DNA of 64,000 nucleotides, taken from contig CAVOGR010000001.1 in NCBI GenBank assembly GCA_963695555.1, positions 64,001 through 128,000 on the forward strand. The letters run 5' to 3'. Within the stretch, counting starts at the first letter, position 1. Each line of letters begins with the position of its first letter. The notes under the pieces are model-generated. The model was not told the origin of the DNA. It searched no databases and saw only the letters and a list, made by a program, of their open reading frames with translations. Below are positions 30,415-39,433 of the stretch, in pieces. The DNA comes from an uncultured Gemmatimonadales bacterium. Its GTDB lineage: Bacteria; Gemmatimonadota; Gemmatimonadetes; Gemmatimonadales; GWC2-71-9. The translations under genes were made by a program, and so were the position numbers.

Positions 30415-31697
30415 AATTCGTACACCACGTCACTCTCCGGTGACGTACCGCGCCGGACGGTGAATGCCGCGCGGTGCCCCAACCGAATGCCCGGCACGCC
30501 TTGGCTGGTCGCGGTCGATCCAGGTTCCGGGTGCACATAAAGTCCCGTGATGTCGAGCGTGTCCATGGCTTCGGCCCGGTTCAGGTCGCCGACGGCCTCC
30601 AGCCGGATTTCGCGGCCGGCAACCGGATCATCGTATACCAGCGCGATGTCGGCGGTCATCGGGTCGCCCGTACCGGTCACAATCCGGCCGCCGGCGAGCA
30701 GTAGGTCGTACTCGACGCCGAGGTTGAACGGGAGTTGCTCGTACACCTCGGGATCGGCCGTCTCATAGCGCCCGCTCGCGATCGCGTCGAATGCGGTGAG
30801 CAAGGCTACCACGTTGAGGGTGCGGACAGCCTGTTTTTCCGGATCGTCCGGGAGCCCGCCGCTTTCGATCAGCACCGTCGACGTTCCCCACTGTTGCATC
30901 AGGTCGCCGAACGCCCGCGGCTCGAAGCTGTCGTCCCACTTTGCCAGCCGGCCTGGCACCTGTTGGTTCAACACCTCCGCAATGGTGGCGGCGACGAGTC
31001 GGGCACGCGTTCGGGTCGGTCCGTAGGACTTCTCCTCATCGGCGGCCGGGGCGAGCAGGGCGATCGCCACCTGGAGTCCGGTTGGTCCGGCCGTCCGGCG
31101 CACGCCTTGGTCGTGGAGGTTGAAGCCGAAGTCGGCCTCGAGCCTGTCCCGCAGGCCCTTGAGGGCTCGGGCCTCGGGCGTGACCAGCCGCCGCGCGTCG
31201 CGGTTGACGTCGATGCCGAGGGCGTTCTCGCGGGCGAAGCGCTGGGCGCCATCCGGATTGAGCATCGGGACCATCGTAATGGTGAGGTGCTCGGCGAGCC
31301 GATGTTGCAGGGGATCCTGGCTCCCCTCGGCGAAGAAGCGTATGAGATCCGCGAGGGCCATGGTGGCGGTAGACTCGTCGCCGTGCATCTGAGACCAGAG
31401 CAGCACGCTGGTGGGGCCGGCGCCAAACGTGACCGCCCGAATGGGCCAGCCGCCGACCGAGCGGGCCAGGTCCTCCGTGTGGATACCGGGGGCCGCGAGG
31501 TATGGCTCGACGGCGCTCCAGAGGTCGGTGGCGGTGAACCGACGGTGGTCGATGGATTCCACTCGGTATTGCGCCGCGATGCGCAGCCCGTCACGCAAGC
31601 AACAAGGTTGGTCCTGGGCCGCCGACACGTCAGGCAGTCCCGCGATAGTGGCGCACAGGACAGCGGCCTGAATGGTGCTTCGAATGAGGTGGTGCAT
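30405..31697 (-). CDS. Secreted M14 zinc carboxypeptidase
   Basis: Signal peptide; MHGDE, NPDG, DVNRD, NLHDQ and LIESGG. Confidence 0.9.
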   Translation of the reverse strand: MHHLIRSTIQAAVLCATIAGLPDVSAAQDQPCCLRDGLRIAAQYRVESIDHRRFTATDLWSAVEPYLAAPGIHTEDLARSVGGWPIRAVTFGAGPTSVLLWSQMHGDESTATMALADLIRFFAEGSQDPLQHRLAEHLTITMVPMLNPDGAQRFARENALGIDVNRDARRLVTPEARALKGLRDRLEADFGFNLHDQGVRRTAGPTGLQVAIALLAPAADEEKSYGPTRTRARLVAATIAEVLNQQVPGRLAKWDDSFEPRAFGDLMQQWGTSTVLIESGGLPDDPEKQAVRTLNVVALLTAFDAIASGRYETADPEVYEQLPFNLGVEYDLLLAGGRIVTGTGDPMTADIALVYDDPVAGREIRLEAVGDLNRAEAMDTLDITGLYVHPEPGSTATSQGVPGIRLGHRAAFTVRRGTSPESDVVYEFRE

Positions 31698-31748
31698 GCC
31701 GGTGCTCTTTCAAGCCATCGGGAGGTAGTGACTGCGGTAACGTCGACA

Positions 31749-32291
31749 TCATCCGAACAGAAGCCTCACCACGTATACTGCCAGGATCATGGCAAAGATA
31801 TCGGCGATGAGCCCGGCGGGCACGGCGTGCCGCGTCTTCTTGACGTTCACCGCCCCAAAGTAGACAGCGATGACGTAGAACGTGGTTTCGGTCGACCCGA
31901 ACATGGTGGCGGCCATCTTCACCACGAGGCTGTCCTCGCCATAGCGGGCGATCATGTCGACCACGATGGCAGCGGATCCCGAGCCGGTGAGCGGCCGGAC
32001 GATCCACATGGGGATGACTTCGGGCGGAACGCCGATGGCAGTGAGAATGGGGCGAGTGCCTTCGATCAGCCAATCGAGGGCCCCGGACGCCCGGAACATG
32101 CCGATAGCGAACAGGATGGCAACGAGGTACGGGATGATGGTGACCGCGACCTTGAATCCTTCCTTCGCGCCCTCGACGAATTCCTCGTAGACCGGGACCC
32201 GCTTGTACAAGCCATACAGGGGGAATCCGATGATCACGCTCGGAAGGACGAAGACCGAGAGCAGATCGATAGCGTTGCGGAGCGTTTCCAT
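31749..32291 (-). CDS. spmB: SpmB-like nucleoside-recognition (Gate) membrane protein
   Basis: VYEEFVEGAKEGF, RPLTGSGS and GSTETTFYVIAVYFG. Confidence 0.92.
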   Translation of the reverse strand: METLRNAIDLLSVFVLPSVIIGFPLYGLYKRVPVYEEFVEGAKEGFKVAVTIIPYLVAILFAIGMFRASGALDWLIEGTRPILTAIGVPPEVIPMWIVRPLTGSGSAAIVVDMIARYGEDSLVVKMAATMFGSTETTFYVIAVYFGAVNVKKTRHAVPAGLIADIFAMILAVYVVRLLFG

Positions 32292-32302
32292 GGCGTCGTG
32301 TC

Positions 32303-33298
32303 TCAGTCGGCGCCGGACGTTGCCGGCGGGGACTGGTGCATGGTGGGATCGCTCTCCCGATACCCCTTGAGCCGGCCGAGGAGCCGCGTGGCCACAATGG
32401 CCACAACCAAGGAACAGGCGGTGACGATGAAGATCGAGAAGAACAGTTGATTGACCTGAAGGCCCATGATGGCCACCAACAGCACCGGCGGCACGATCTG
32501 CACGCTTGCCGTATTCATGGCCAACAGCATGACCATGGAATTGGTGGCGGTATCCTTGACCGGATTCAGGGTCTGCAACTCTTCCATGGCCTTGATGCCG
32601 AGGGGTGTGGCGGCATTTCCCAGGCCCAGCACGTTGGCGGACAAGTTCAGGACGATCATGCCCAACGCCGGGTGATCCTTGGGGATTTCCGGGAACAACG
32701 GGCGAATGATTGGCTGGACCAGCTTGACGATCAGGTGGATCAAGCCGGCCTTCTCCGCAATGCGAAGCAGCCCAAGCCAGAGGGCGAGGGCGCCGATGAG
32801 GCTCAGCGCGATGGTGACGGCCGTCTCGGCAAAATCGAATGCGGCGGTGGTGATGGCGCTCATCTTGACGAATCGAACGGGCGCGAAGAGAACGGCCGAC
32901 GCAATGAGGGTATCGCCGCCGCCGCCTCGGAGATCGACTACACCCCGCAGGTCGTTGTCCCGTTTTGACGTGAAGCTACGGATCGTGCTCAATGGCTCGG
33001 GGAGGGGTACATCCTTGGCAAACTGAAGTTGCTGGCCCTCCTGGGTCTGGATGAGCGTCCCGCTGAAGGACGGGGCGAGCGAGGCCTCGGTCGCGTACAG
33101 CTGCCGGAACGTGTCCACCTCGACCCGAACGTCAACGGGTTGCCGGCGTGCCTCGGGTTGATAGCGGTCAGGGAAGTGGATGGTGACTGGAAGCGGCGTG
33201 CCGTTTCGGTAGACATCTCTGGCCAGGTCGCGCGTATCCGAGGCCAGGGCAAAGACCAAGCTCGAGATGATCAGTCCGGCCCAGATGTAGTTCAGCAC
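32303..33298 (-). CDS. spmA: SpmA-like Gate membrane protein with extracytoplasmic insertion
   Basis: MLNYIW, LWLGLLRIAEKAG, ANVLGLGNAATPLGIKAMEELQ and NTAS. Confidence 0.92.
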   Translation of the reverse strand: MLNYIWAGLIISSLVFALASDTRDLARDVYRNGTPLPVTIHFPDRYQPEARRQPVDVRVEVDTFRQLYATEASLAPSFSGTLIQTQEGQQLQFAKDVPLPEPLSTIRSFTSKRDNDLRGVVDLRGGGGDTLIASAVLFAPVRFVKMSAITTAAFDFAETAVTIALSLIGALALWLGLLRIAEKAGLIHLIVKLVQPIIRPLFPEIPKDHPALGMIVLNLSANVLGLGNAATPLGIKAMEELQTLNPVKDTATNSMVMLLAMNTASVQIVPPVLLVAIMGLQVNQLFFSIFIVTACSLVVAIVATRLLGRLKGYRESDPTMHQSPPATSGAD

Positions 33299-33300
33299 GC

Positions 33301-34230
33301 TCAGTCGCCTTCGGCGGCCGTGGTTGGGTGGTGGCGGAGCCGGGTGAACACGTCCGTCACGTGGTCACGGCCCTCGGGGCCGTTGGCGTCGAAGTACCAG
33401 AAACATTCGATATCGCCGCGGTTCATCAAGAGTTGCATCGTCCCCTGCGACCTATGCTCGGCGATGACCCAGTTGGCGATGATCTTATAGTCGAGCCGGT
33501 CGTTGAGGCCGAACTTCTGTGTTCGATCGAAGCGTGCCAGGGGCGCGCCCCCCGACACCCGCGTCGACGGGTAGCCGTCGAGCCCTTCGAACCGCATCTC
33601 CTGGGTTTGGTCCAGCGGACATACAAACCCGCCGAGCACCAGGGGACGGCGCGCCGGTGGAAGGGAGAGTGCCGCGGTGAGCGCCATGATCGTGGCCGAC
33701 TTGTGATGCCCGTGGGTGTCCGGGAATGGCAGGAGTCCAAGGACGAGGTCGTACGAACCCTCTGAGAGGATTGCGGCGAGTCGCTTCCGGACGGCCACCG
33801 TGTCCCACACCGCACGGAGCACCGAATCTGCGCTCAGGGTATAGCCGCGATCGGGTTGATCGAGGAAGAAATAGTTGCGGATGCCCACGATCGCTCCGCC
33901 CGCCATCAGCTCGCGCTTTCGTATCGCCGGGAGATACTGTCGGGCCACGCGCTCGTCGGTGAGCTGGAGGCCGTAGATCGGCTCCGCCAGGGTGGCATAG
34001 CGATACCCGCCGGCGCCGTCGGTCACAAGCGCCAGGTCCACCGCCCCGCCGAACTGGTGGGTAATCCGATACACCGTGGCCGCGAACGCCGCGTCGTCAT
34101 CCGGGTGCGCGGTGACCAGGAGTACCCGGATGGACGGGTTCACCTGTTGCTGTGCCGTCATCGGGAGCGGAGCCCCAGCGAGCAGCGCCGCAGCGAGTAG
34201 GGTCAATCTTGCCCAAGCTGTCATGCGCAT
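33301..34230 (-). CDS. Secreted PIG-L/LmbE-family deacetylase
   Basis: Signal peptide; AHPDD, TDGAGG, RKRE, HGHH and HRSQ. Confidence 0.88.
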   Translation of the reverse strand: MRMTAWARLTLLAAALLAGAPLPMTAQQQVNPSIRVLLVTAHPDDDAAFAATVYRITHQFGGAVDLALVTDGAGGYRYATLAEPIYGLQLTDERVARQYLPAIRKRELMAGGAIVGIRNYFFLDQPDRGYTLSADSVLRAVWDTVAVRKRLAAILSEGSYDLVLGLLPFPDTHGHHKSATIMALTAALSLPPARRPLVLGGFVCPLDQTQEMRFEGLDGYPSTRVSGGAPLARFDRTQKFGLNDRLDYKIIANWVIAEHRSQGTMQLLMNRGDIECFWYFDANGPEGRDHVTDVFTRLRHHPTTAAEGD

Positions 34231-34332
34231 CCTCCGGTTCCGCCCAGACCCACCGCGATGCGATCTGCGCGGGGAATGCCGAGGGGCGGCAGGTTCATGG
34301 TAGCCTGAGCCGGCCCCGAAGCAAGGGACCGG

Positions 34333-34971
34333 CTAGAACGACTCCGCCCGGTAGACCTCACCCTCGACGAGCCCATCGGGATGGGGCCGGGTATTCCGGA
34401 ACGTCACTGGCCTGGTATCGCAGGTCGGACCCAGTAAGGTATCACCACAGCTCTGCCGCACCACGTCAAAGTGGAGGCTTGGCGCCAGGCTGCTTCCGGT
34501 ATTGCCGCTCAAGCCGATGATGTCGCCTTGGATCACTGCCTGGCCGAGCTTGACCGGGGCGCCCCAGCGGGTGAGGTGATAGTAGCGACCCACTGTCCCG
34601 TCGCTATGGAGCACGTAGACCCGATTGTCTTTGGTCGGCGTGCCATTCCCGTCCGTGTACCGCTCTTCGATGCCAATGACGACACCGGATCGTGCGGCGT
34701 GGACATAGGTCCGGATGGGCATCGCGAAGTCGTAGGCATACCGCGCAATCCCGCGGTGGGTTGGATGGGCGCCGCAGTTACCCCGTAGAACCACGTGGGA
34801 CTGCCCCACGTCCCATGGCAGCACGTAGGGAGACAGGGTCTGGTCGGGATAACCGGCGCAGGTCTCCTCGGGGAGCGGCTCGTTGGGCGGCTCGGCTGGG
34901 AGGGCGCGGGTGTCGTCCCCGCAGCTCGCGAGCGCCATGGTACAGAAGACGAGGAGTGAATCTCGACGCAT
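34333..34971 (-). CDS. M23-family peptidase lipoprotein
   Basis: Lipobox LASC; H...YDF, AARSGVV, YYHL and SGNTG.S..PSLHF. Confidence 0.88.
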   Translation of the reverse strand: MRRDSLLVFCTMALASCGDDTRALPAEPPNEPLPEETCAGYPDQTLSPYVLPWDVGQSHVVLRGNCGAHPTHRGIARYAYDFAMPIRTYVHAARSGVVIGIEERYTDGNGTPTKDNRVYVLHSDGTVGRYYHLTRWGAPVKLGQAVIQGDIIGLSGNTGSSLAPSLHFDVVRQSCGDTLLGPTCDTRPVTFRNTRPHPDGLVEGEVYRAESF

Positions 34972-34978
34972 GCGCGAC

Positions 34979-35620
34979 CTACTGGGTGGATGACTCCTCT
35001 TCGGGCACGTCGCGGAAGCGGATCGGTCCCGCCTTTTCCGGGCGCTTGGCTGTCGCGCCCTCGTAGAACCGGCGGATCGCCACGAGATCGTGGTCGAGGT
35101 TGCCCGAAGGATGGATCGGTTCGCCCATTCGGCACTCGCGTCGCGGGTAATCGAACGTGACCGGAGTGATGGGCACGCCCGCCGCCGCGGCGATGTGGTA
35201 AAACCCCGACTTCCAGTACTCGGTCCGCTTCCGGGTGCCCTCCGGCGTGATCACGAGGAGGAAACGCTCATGCCCTCGAAGCTCATCCACCATCTGCGGT
35301 ACGATGTCGTGGGGACGACTTCGGTCGATCCGGAGACCCCCGATGGCCCGCATCAGACCGGCCACGGGCCAGCGGAACATTGTGTGCTTCATCATGAAGC
35401 CATAGGGCCACTGTCGGAGTAGGCCCGATGCGAAGCCGAAGACGAGCCCGATCGGGAGGTCCCAGTTCGAGGTGTGCGGCGCCACGATCAGGACACTCTT
35501 CGGCACCTGGGGCAAGGTGCCCACCACACGCCAGCGTATCAGCCTGAGCAACCCATTGGCGATCCGCTCGAGAACGCCCTCAGGCGTCTTCGGTGCAATG
35601 ACGGGCAGCGGGACGGTCAT
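34979..35620 (-). CDS. PlsC-family acyltransferase
   Basis: PHTSNWD, IDR and TPEGTRK. Confidence 0.9.
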   Translation of the reverse strand: MTVPLPVIAPKTPEGVLERIANGLLRLIRWRVVGTLPQVPKSVLIVAPHTSNWDLPIGLVFGFASGLLRQWPYGFMMKHTMFRWPVAGLMRAIGGLRIDRSRPHDIVPQMVDELRGHERFLLVITPEGTRKRTEYWKSGFYHIAAAAGVPITPVTFDYPRRECRMGEPIHPSGNLDHDLVAIRRFYEGATAKRPEKAGPIRFRDVPEEESSTQ

Positions 35621-35639
35621 GACCCGCCAGCCGAGGCCG

Positions 35640-36308
35640 TCAGTTGCCTTGGGCCGCCTGGCGCCGGGCTGCGGCCTGCATCTTATCGCTCGCGTAGATC
35701 GCGACTTCGACCCGCCGGTTCAGCCTCCGGCCCTGATCGGCGTCGTTGGAGGCCACCGGTTCGGTCTCACCACGACCCGCGGTCCGCAGGCGGCCGTCGC
35801 TCACCCCGCGAAACCTGAGATAGCTGGCGGCGGCGGCGGCCCGTCGGTCGGACAGCCCGAGATTGTACGCATCCGTTCCGACGTCATCGGTATGGCCGAC
35901 GATGAGCAGGTCGGTATCGGGGTACTTGTCGAGGCTCCTGGCCAATGCGGTCAGGTTTGCCCGGGCTTCGGGGAGCACGACGTCCGAATCGAAGGCGAAC
36001 AAGATACCCGACTGAAAGGTCACCTTGATGCCCTCCCCAACCCGCTCGACGGTTGCCCCCTCGATGTTCTGCTCGAGTTCCTTCGCCTGCTTGTCCATGA
36101 TCGAGCCGATGATGGCACCGGCGGCGCCACCGACCGCGGCCCCGATGATCGCACCCTGGGCGGTCCCGCCGCCCACGCCGGTGACAGCACCAATGACCGC
36201 TCCACCGGCCGCACCGACGGCAGCGCCGGTCTGTGTCTTGGTGGCGCATCCGAGGGTAAGCGATCCGATGGCCAGTCCGGCAACAACAAATCGAGAAACG
36301 TTCGACAT
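35640..36308 (-). CDS. OmpA-family lipoprotein with glycine zipper
   Basis: Lipobox TLGC; GAAVGAAGG repeats; GHTD, NLGLSDRRA and NRRVE. Confidence 0.93.
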   Translation of the reverse strand: MSNVSRFVVAGLAIGSLTLGCATKTQTGAAVGAAGGAVIGAVTGVGGGTAQGAIIGAAVGGAAGAIIGSIMDKQAKELEQNIEGATVERVGEGIKVTFQSGILFAFDSDVVLPEARANLTALARSLDKYPDTDLLIVGHTDDVGTDAYNLGLSDRRAAAAASYLRFRGVSDGRLRTAGRGETEPVASNDADQGRRLNRRVEVAIYASDKMQAAARRQAAQGN

Positions 36309-36647
36309 TTGCGTGGTCCTCCCTTGTAGGCTGCGAGTGGTCGACGCGGAGAATTTCAGACTCGTTGGTCCACGCCGACTCCCTATTCAGATTAGCGGAC
36401 CGACGGCGATCAGCCAACTGGGCGGGTCGAAGCCGCCGAGGGATACAGCCCCCGGCTCCCGTTATCTTGCGCTGGTTGGGAAACCCGATCCCAAATGGGA
36501 GTAGAAGCCATGTCCATGGGCACACCCACCCACGCTGACCGACGTCGAGCGCGGATGACCCGGCGGCTCCCGCCGGGCCCGTGTCCTCGTGCCGACACGG
36601 CCGTCCTCCAGCGCCGCACTCTCGACTAGCCGAACCGGCCGGGTTCC

Positions 36648-36842
36648 GTGGAACACCTCTGCCCTCTCTGCGGCTCACCCGATCTGGTGCCGATCGTCTA
36701 CGGCACTCCGGATACCACCACTGCCCAGCACGCGGAGTCAGGGCGGGTGCACCTTGGCGGAACGCGTGCCAGGACGAATGCTCCCGATGCGCACTGCCGT
36801 CGGTGTGGGTATGAATGGCGCCGCAGGGAAGGTCTGGCATGA
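36648..36842 (+). CDS. Small zinc-ribbon protein
   Basis: CPLCGS..LVPIVYG.P...GRVHLGG...CRRCGYEW. Confidence 0.75.
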   Translation: MEHLCPLCGSPDLVPIVYGTPDTTTAQHAESGRVHLGGTRARTNAPDAHCRRCGYEWRRREGLA

Positions 36843-37531
36843 CCGGGGCCGGAGACCATCCCGCCCCGGCGCGTCCGCACGCCTTTCTCCGCACCGCGAT
36901 CCTGTTCGAGGGAGGCCTGGTCATCCTCGCATTGGGACTCGGATGGCTGTTCCAGGTGCAGCCGTTCGGGTCGGTGCGGCTCACCTGGCGACACATCTCC
37001 GCGGGCCTCCTCGCCACCGCTCCTCCCCTCCTCGCCTTGACCCTGCTCCTGCGATCCAACGCCCCGCGGATCACTCGCTTGGTCCGGGAGGTGGAGCAGA
37101 TGATCGGCCCGCTGTTCGAGGGGGCCACGGTGGGCGCGTTGGCGCTCATCTCCATCCTCGCCGGTGTCGGCGAAGAGAGCCTGTTCCGCGGGGTCCTCCA
37201 ACCCGCGCTCGGGTCGGTGACCGGGCCCTGGGTGGCGCTCGTGGTGGTCAGTGCCGTGTTCGGACTGGTCCACTCCGTCACCGCCACCTACGCTGTTTTG
37301 GCTGGGGTGATCGGGCTGTATCTGGGGTGGCTCTTCCTCTGGACCGGCAACCTCCTGGTGCCGATCGCAGTTCACGCGCTGTACGACTTCGTAGCCCTGG
37401 CCGTCCTGGTACGCCGACTCCGCGCGGGTGGCGGCGATGGCCCGGAGCGGCTCCCGCGGGCCGAGGCGCCGGCACGAGACGAGCCCAGCTTCACGAACCC
37501 ACCACATTATAGATCGAGCGATCAAGAATAA
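36839..37531 (+). CDS. CPBP (CAAX/Abi) intramembrane metalloprotease
   Basis: GEESLFRG, FGLVH and HALYD; ATGA coupling to the upstream gene. Confidence 0.9.
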   Translation: MTGAGDHPAPARPHAFLRTAILFEGGLVILALGLGWLFQVQPFGSVRLTWRHISAGLLATAPPLLALTLLLRSNAPRITRLVREVEQMIGPLFEGATVGALALISILAGVGEESLFRGVLQPALGSVTGPWVALVVVSAVFGLVHSVTATYAVLAGVIGLYLGWLFLWTGNLLVPIAVHALYDFVALAVLVRRLRAGGGDGPERLPRAEAPARDEPSFTNPPHYRSSDQE

Positions 37532-38121
37532 TTGACTTTGGGAATCCCTGCGGCCAGGAGCGTGGCCTCGGCGGTCTGGCGGAGGATATCCACCGGAACT
37601 CGGGCCTTTGCTGCAACGAGCAGGCCGAGTGTGGCACAGGTCAGGAGCCGGGCGGCCGCCTGGGGATCCTTCAGCCCGCTAGCCGTGACGTGCCCCTGGG
37701 CCTGGGCCCGTTCAAAGGCCGTGCGGAACCCGGCATCCAACCGCCGCAGGTGCTCGGTCACCCGGGAGTGGACCTGGGTGTCTCGGGGCGCCACCTCGAT
37801 CGCGCTGTTCACCATGAAGCAAGCAGGCGGGCTAGCTTGGGCCTGGTAGTCGATCAGGCGTTCAAAAAACCCACGAATGGCATGCGCTCCGCCCGCCTCG
37901 AGACGGCTCAGGAGGTACGAGACCGGGACGGCCGAATACCGATCCAGCGCCTGCCGGTAGAGATCGATCTTGTTGCCGAAGGTGTCGTAGAGGCTTTGGC
38001 GGCCGATCCCGAGGTGACGCTCGAGGTCGGCCAACGAGGTGGCCTCGTAGCCCTGGCGCCAGAACAGGTCCATGGCTCGGTCGAGGGTCGAGGTCTGGTC
38101 GAATTCCTTGGGACGTGCCAC
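37522..38121 (-). CDS. TetR/AcrR-family regulator
   Basis: ARPKEFD...FWRQGYEATS...SLYDTFGNK; CFMVN. Confidence 0.92.
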   Translation of the reverse strand: MARPKEFDQTSTLDRAMDLFWRQGYEATSLADLERHLGIGRQSLYDTFGNKIDLYRQALDRYSAVPVSYLLSRLEAGGAHAIRGFFERLIDYQAQASPPACFMVNSAIEVAPRDTQVHSRVTEHLRRLDAGFRTAFERAQAQGHVTASGLKDPQAAARLLTCATLGLLVAAKARVPVDILRQTAEATLLAAGIPKVNYS

Positions 38122-38139
38122 GCCGCGGTCCTCCGATTC

Positions 38140-38185
38140 GGGATCTCACGGTCAAGAGTGGTAATTTTTGATCTAATAGTCAAGA
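38140..38185 (-). promoter_or_regulatory. Two putative TetR operators overlapping the promoter
   Basis: GATCT-N4-GTCAAGA twice, 28 bp apart; the distal copy TTGATCTAATAGTCAA is quasi-palindromic and contains TTGACT on the minus strand. Confidence 0.65.
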
Positions 38186-38206
38186 AAAATAGATAGGTGG
38201 GCAAGA

Positions 38207-38245
38207 CGAAGCCCCCCGCCCTCATGGAGAGGGCGGGGGGCTTCG
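38207..38245 (-). terminator. Intrinsic terminator-like hairpin
   Basis: CGAAGCCCCCCGCCCTC-ATGGA-GAGGGCGGGGGGCTTCG, a 17-bp perfect stem just after the 38257 stop. Confidence 0.8.
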
Positions 38246-38256
38246 ATGCAGCCGCG

Positions 38257-39165
38257 TCAGTCTTCTACGATGATGAGATACTTCGACGGCGCCCAGAAGT
38301 CGTCCGCCGAGGCGATTGCGATGCCGCCCTTCACCTTGGCGTTCTTCTCGATGGGTGTCGCCAGATACGCCAGGTTCTGCCGCGAAATGATCTTGTACTC
38401 CTTGTCCGGTTGCGGGAAGGTGATCTCGGTGAGCTCACGCTTGTCCGCGCGGGTAAACAGGCTGTCGCTCAGGGTCCGGGCCGGCTGGAGACTCTTCCCG
38501 CCGAAGAAGAGGAACTTGCTGCCCTCTTCAACCGCGACGCCGCTGGCGATCAGGTCCTGCTTGCTGCCGATCACGTAGTAGACCGTCTTGTCCTTGACGT
38601 TGAGGGTCTCGACCGTGTCCAGGAGCGCCACATTCTCGGTAGCGATGGAGTCCTTCTCCTGGGCCAGCTGGACGTTCCGCTGCTCGAGCTCCGAGACCTG
38701 CCCCACCAGGGACTGAATGGTCAGCCGCTGGGTCTCGATGATGTTCTGGAAGCCCGAGATGTCGAAGGTCAGGCTGTCCATGCCCTTGGTCAGCGAGCGG
38801 ATCTTGCTCTGGCTCGCCCGCAGGCGGGCTTCACTCTCGTCGACCCGGCTAGCCAGGTCCTTGATCTTGCCGAGCAAGACCTCACGGTTGGTCATCGGGC
38901 CAGACTCGGGGGACACGACCGCAACGCCGCCCTTCCGATCCTTGACCTTGGCGACCTCCGCGCCGATGTCGCTCAGGAGCTTGCTGTTCTCCACCACCTC
39001 GCCCAGCAGGCTATCCTTCTCGGCGGAGACCAGGCTCAACTGTTCGATCTTCTGGTTCAATTCCTCGACCACCTGCTCATGCGCGGCCTGATTACAGCCG
39101 ACGAGCATGAGTGGCACGGCGAGCATGAACGCTCCCAGCTTGACGATACCGCGACTCACATACAT
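38257..39165 (-). CDS. Coiled-coil lipoprotein resembling the Cbp1 family
   Basis: RBS AAGGAG; lipobox LVGC; long coiled coil; YYVIGSKQDL...FWAPSKYLIIV. Confidence 0.7.
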   Translation of the reverse strand: MYVSRGIVKLGAFMLAVPLMLVGCNQAAHEQVVEELNQKIEQLSLVSAEKDSLLGEVVENSKLLSDIGAEVAKVKDRKGGVAVVSPESGPMTNREVLLGKIKDLASRVDESEARLRASQSKIRSLTKGMDSLTFDISGFQNIIETQRLTIQSLVGQVSELEQRNVQLAQEKDSIATENVALLDTVETLNVKDKTVYYVIGSKQDLIASGVAVEEGSKFLFFGGKSLQPARTLSDSLFTRADKRELTEITFPQPDKEYKIISRQNLAYLATPIEKNAKVKGGIAIASADDFWAPSKYLIIVED

Positions 39166-39433
39166 TGGCACATTCTCCTTCATATTCGCAGATGAGGCCA
39201 GGCAGGCGTAGGGACCAGGCCAGTTGAGCATCCATTAAAGATGCGCTAGTGCCACGGGAAAGAGTAGGCGCAATCATAACGTCATGTTGGTGAACGTGTT
39301 ACGCTTCTGCACTCCGCCCCCCCGCCCCGCGTCGCCTTCGGCGCGACCGGCGACCATGCCAAATTCCGTCTGACTCCTGCCCCGGTCTCCGGGTACACTA
39401 CTCCGTTTTCACTCGAGGTTGGGACACCCCCGA

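Noticed and set aside
31749..33298. Evidence of sporulation
   Set aside because: spmAB homologs occur in many non-sporulating bacteria, and no other sporulation genes are present
36510..36629. 39-aa ORF MSMGTPTHADRR... with a GGAG upstream
   Set aside because: No protein-like features; overlaps hairpins and is more likely leader sequence
39238..39256. TGGCACTAGCGCATC on the minus strand as a sigma54 promoter
   Set aside because: No GC at the -12 position
39371..39384. 14-mer TGACTCCTGCCCCG shared with 27421-27434 (reverse complement), both at putative -35 regions
   Set aside because: Chance 14-mer matches are expected in 64 kb of high-GC sequence and there is no other support
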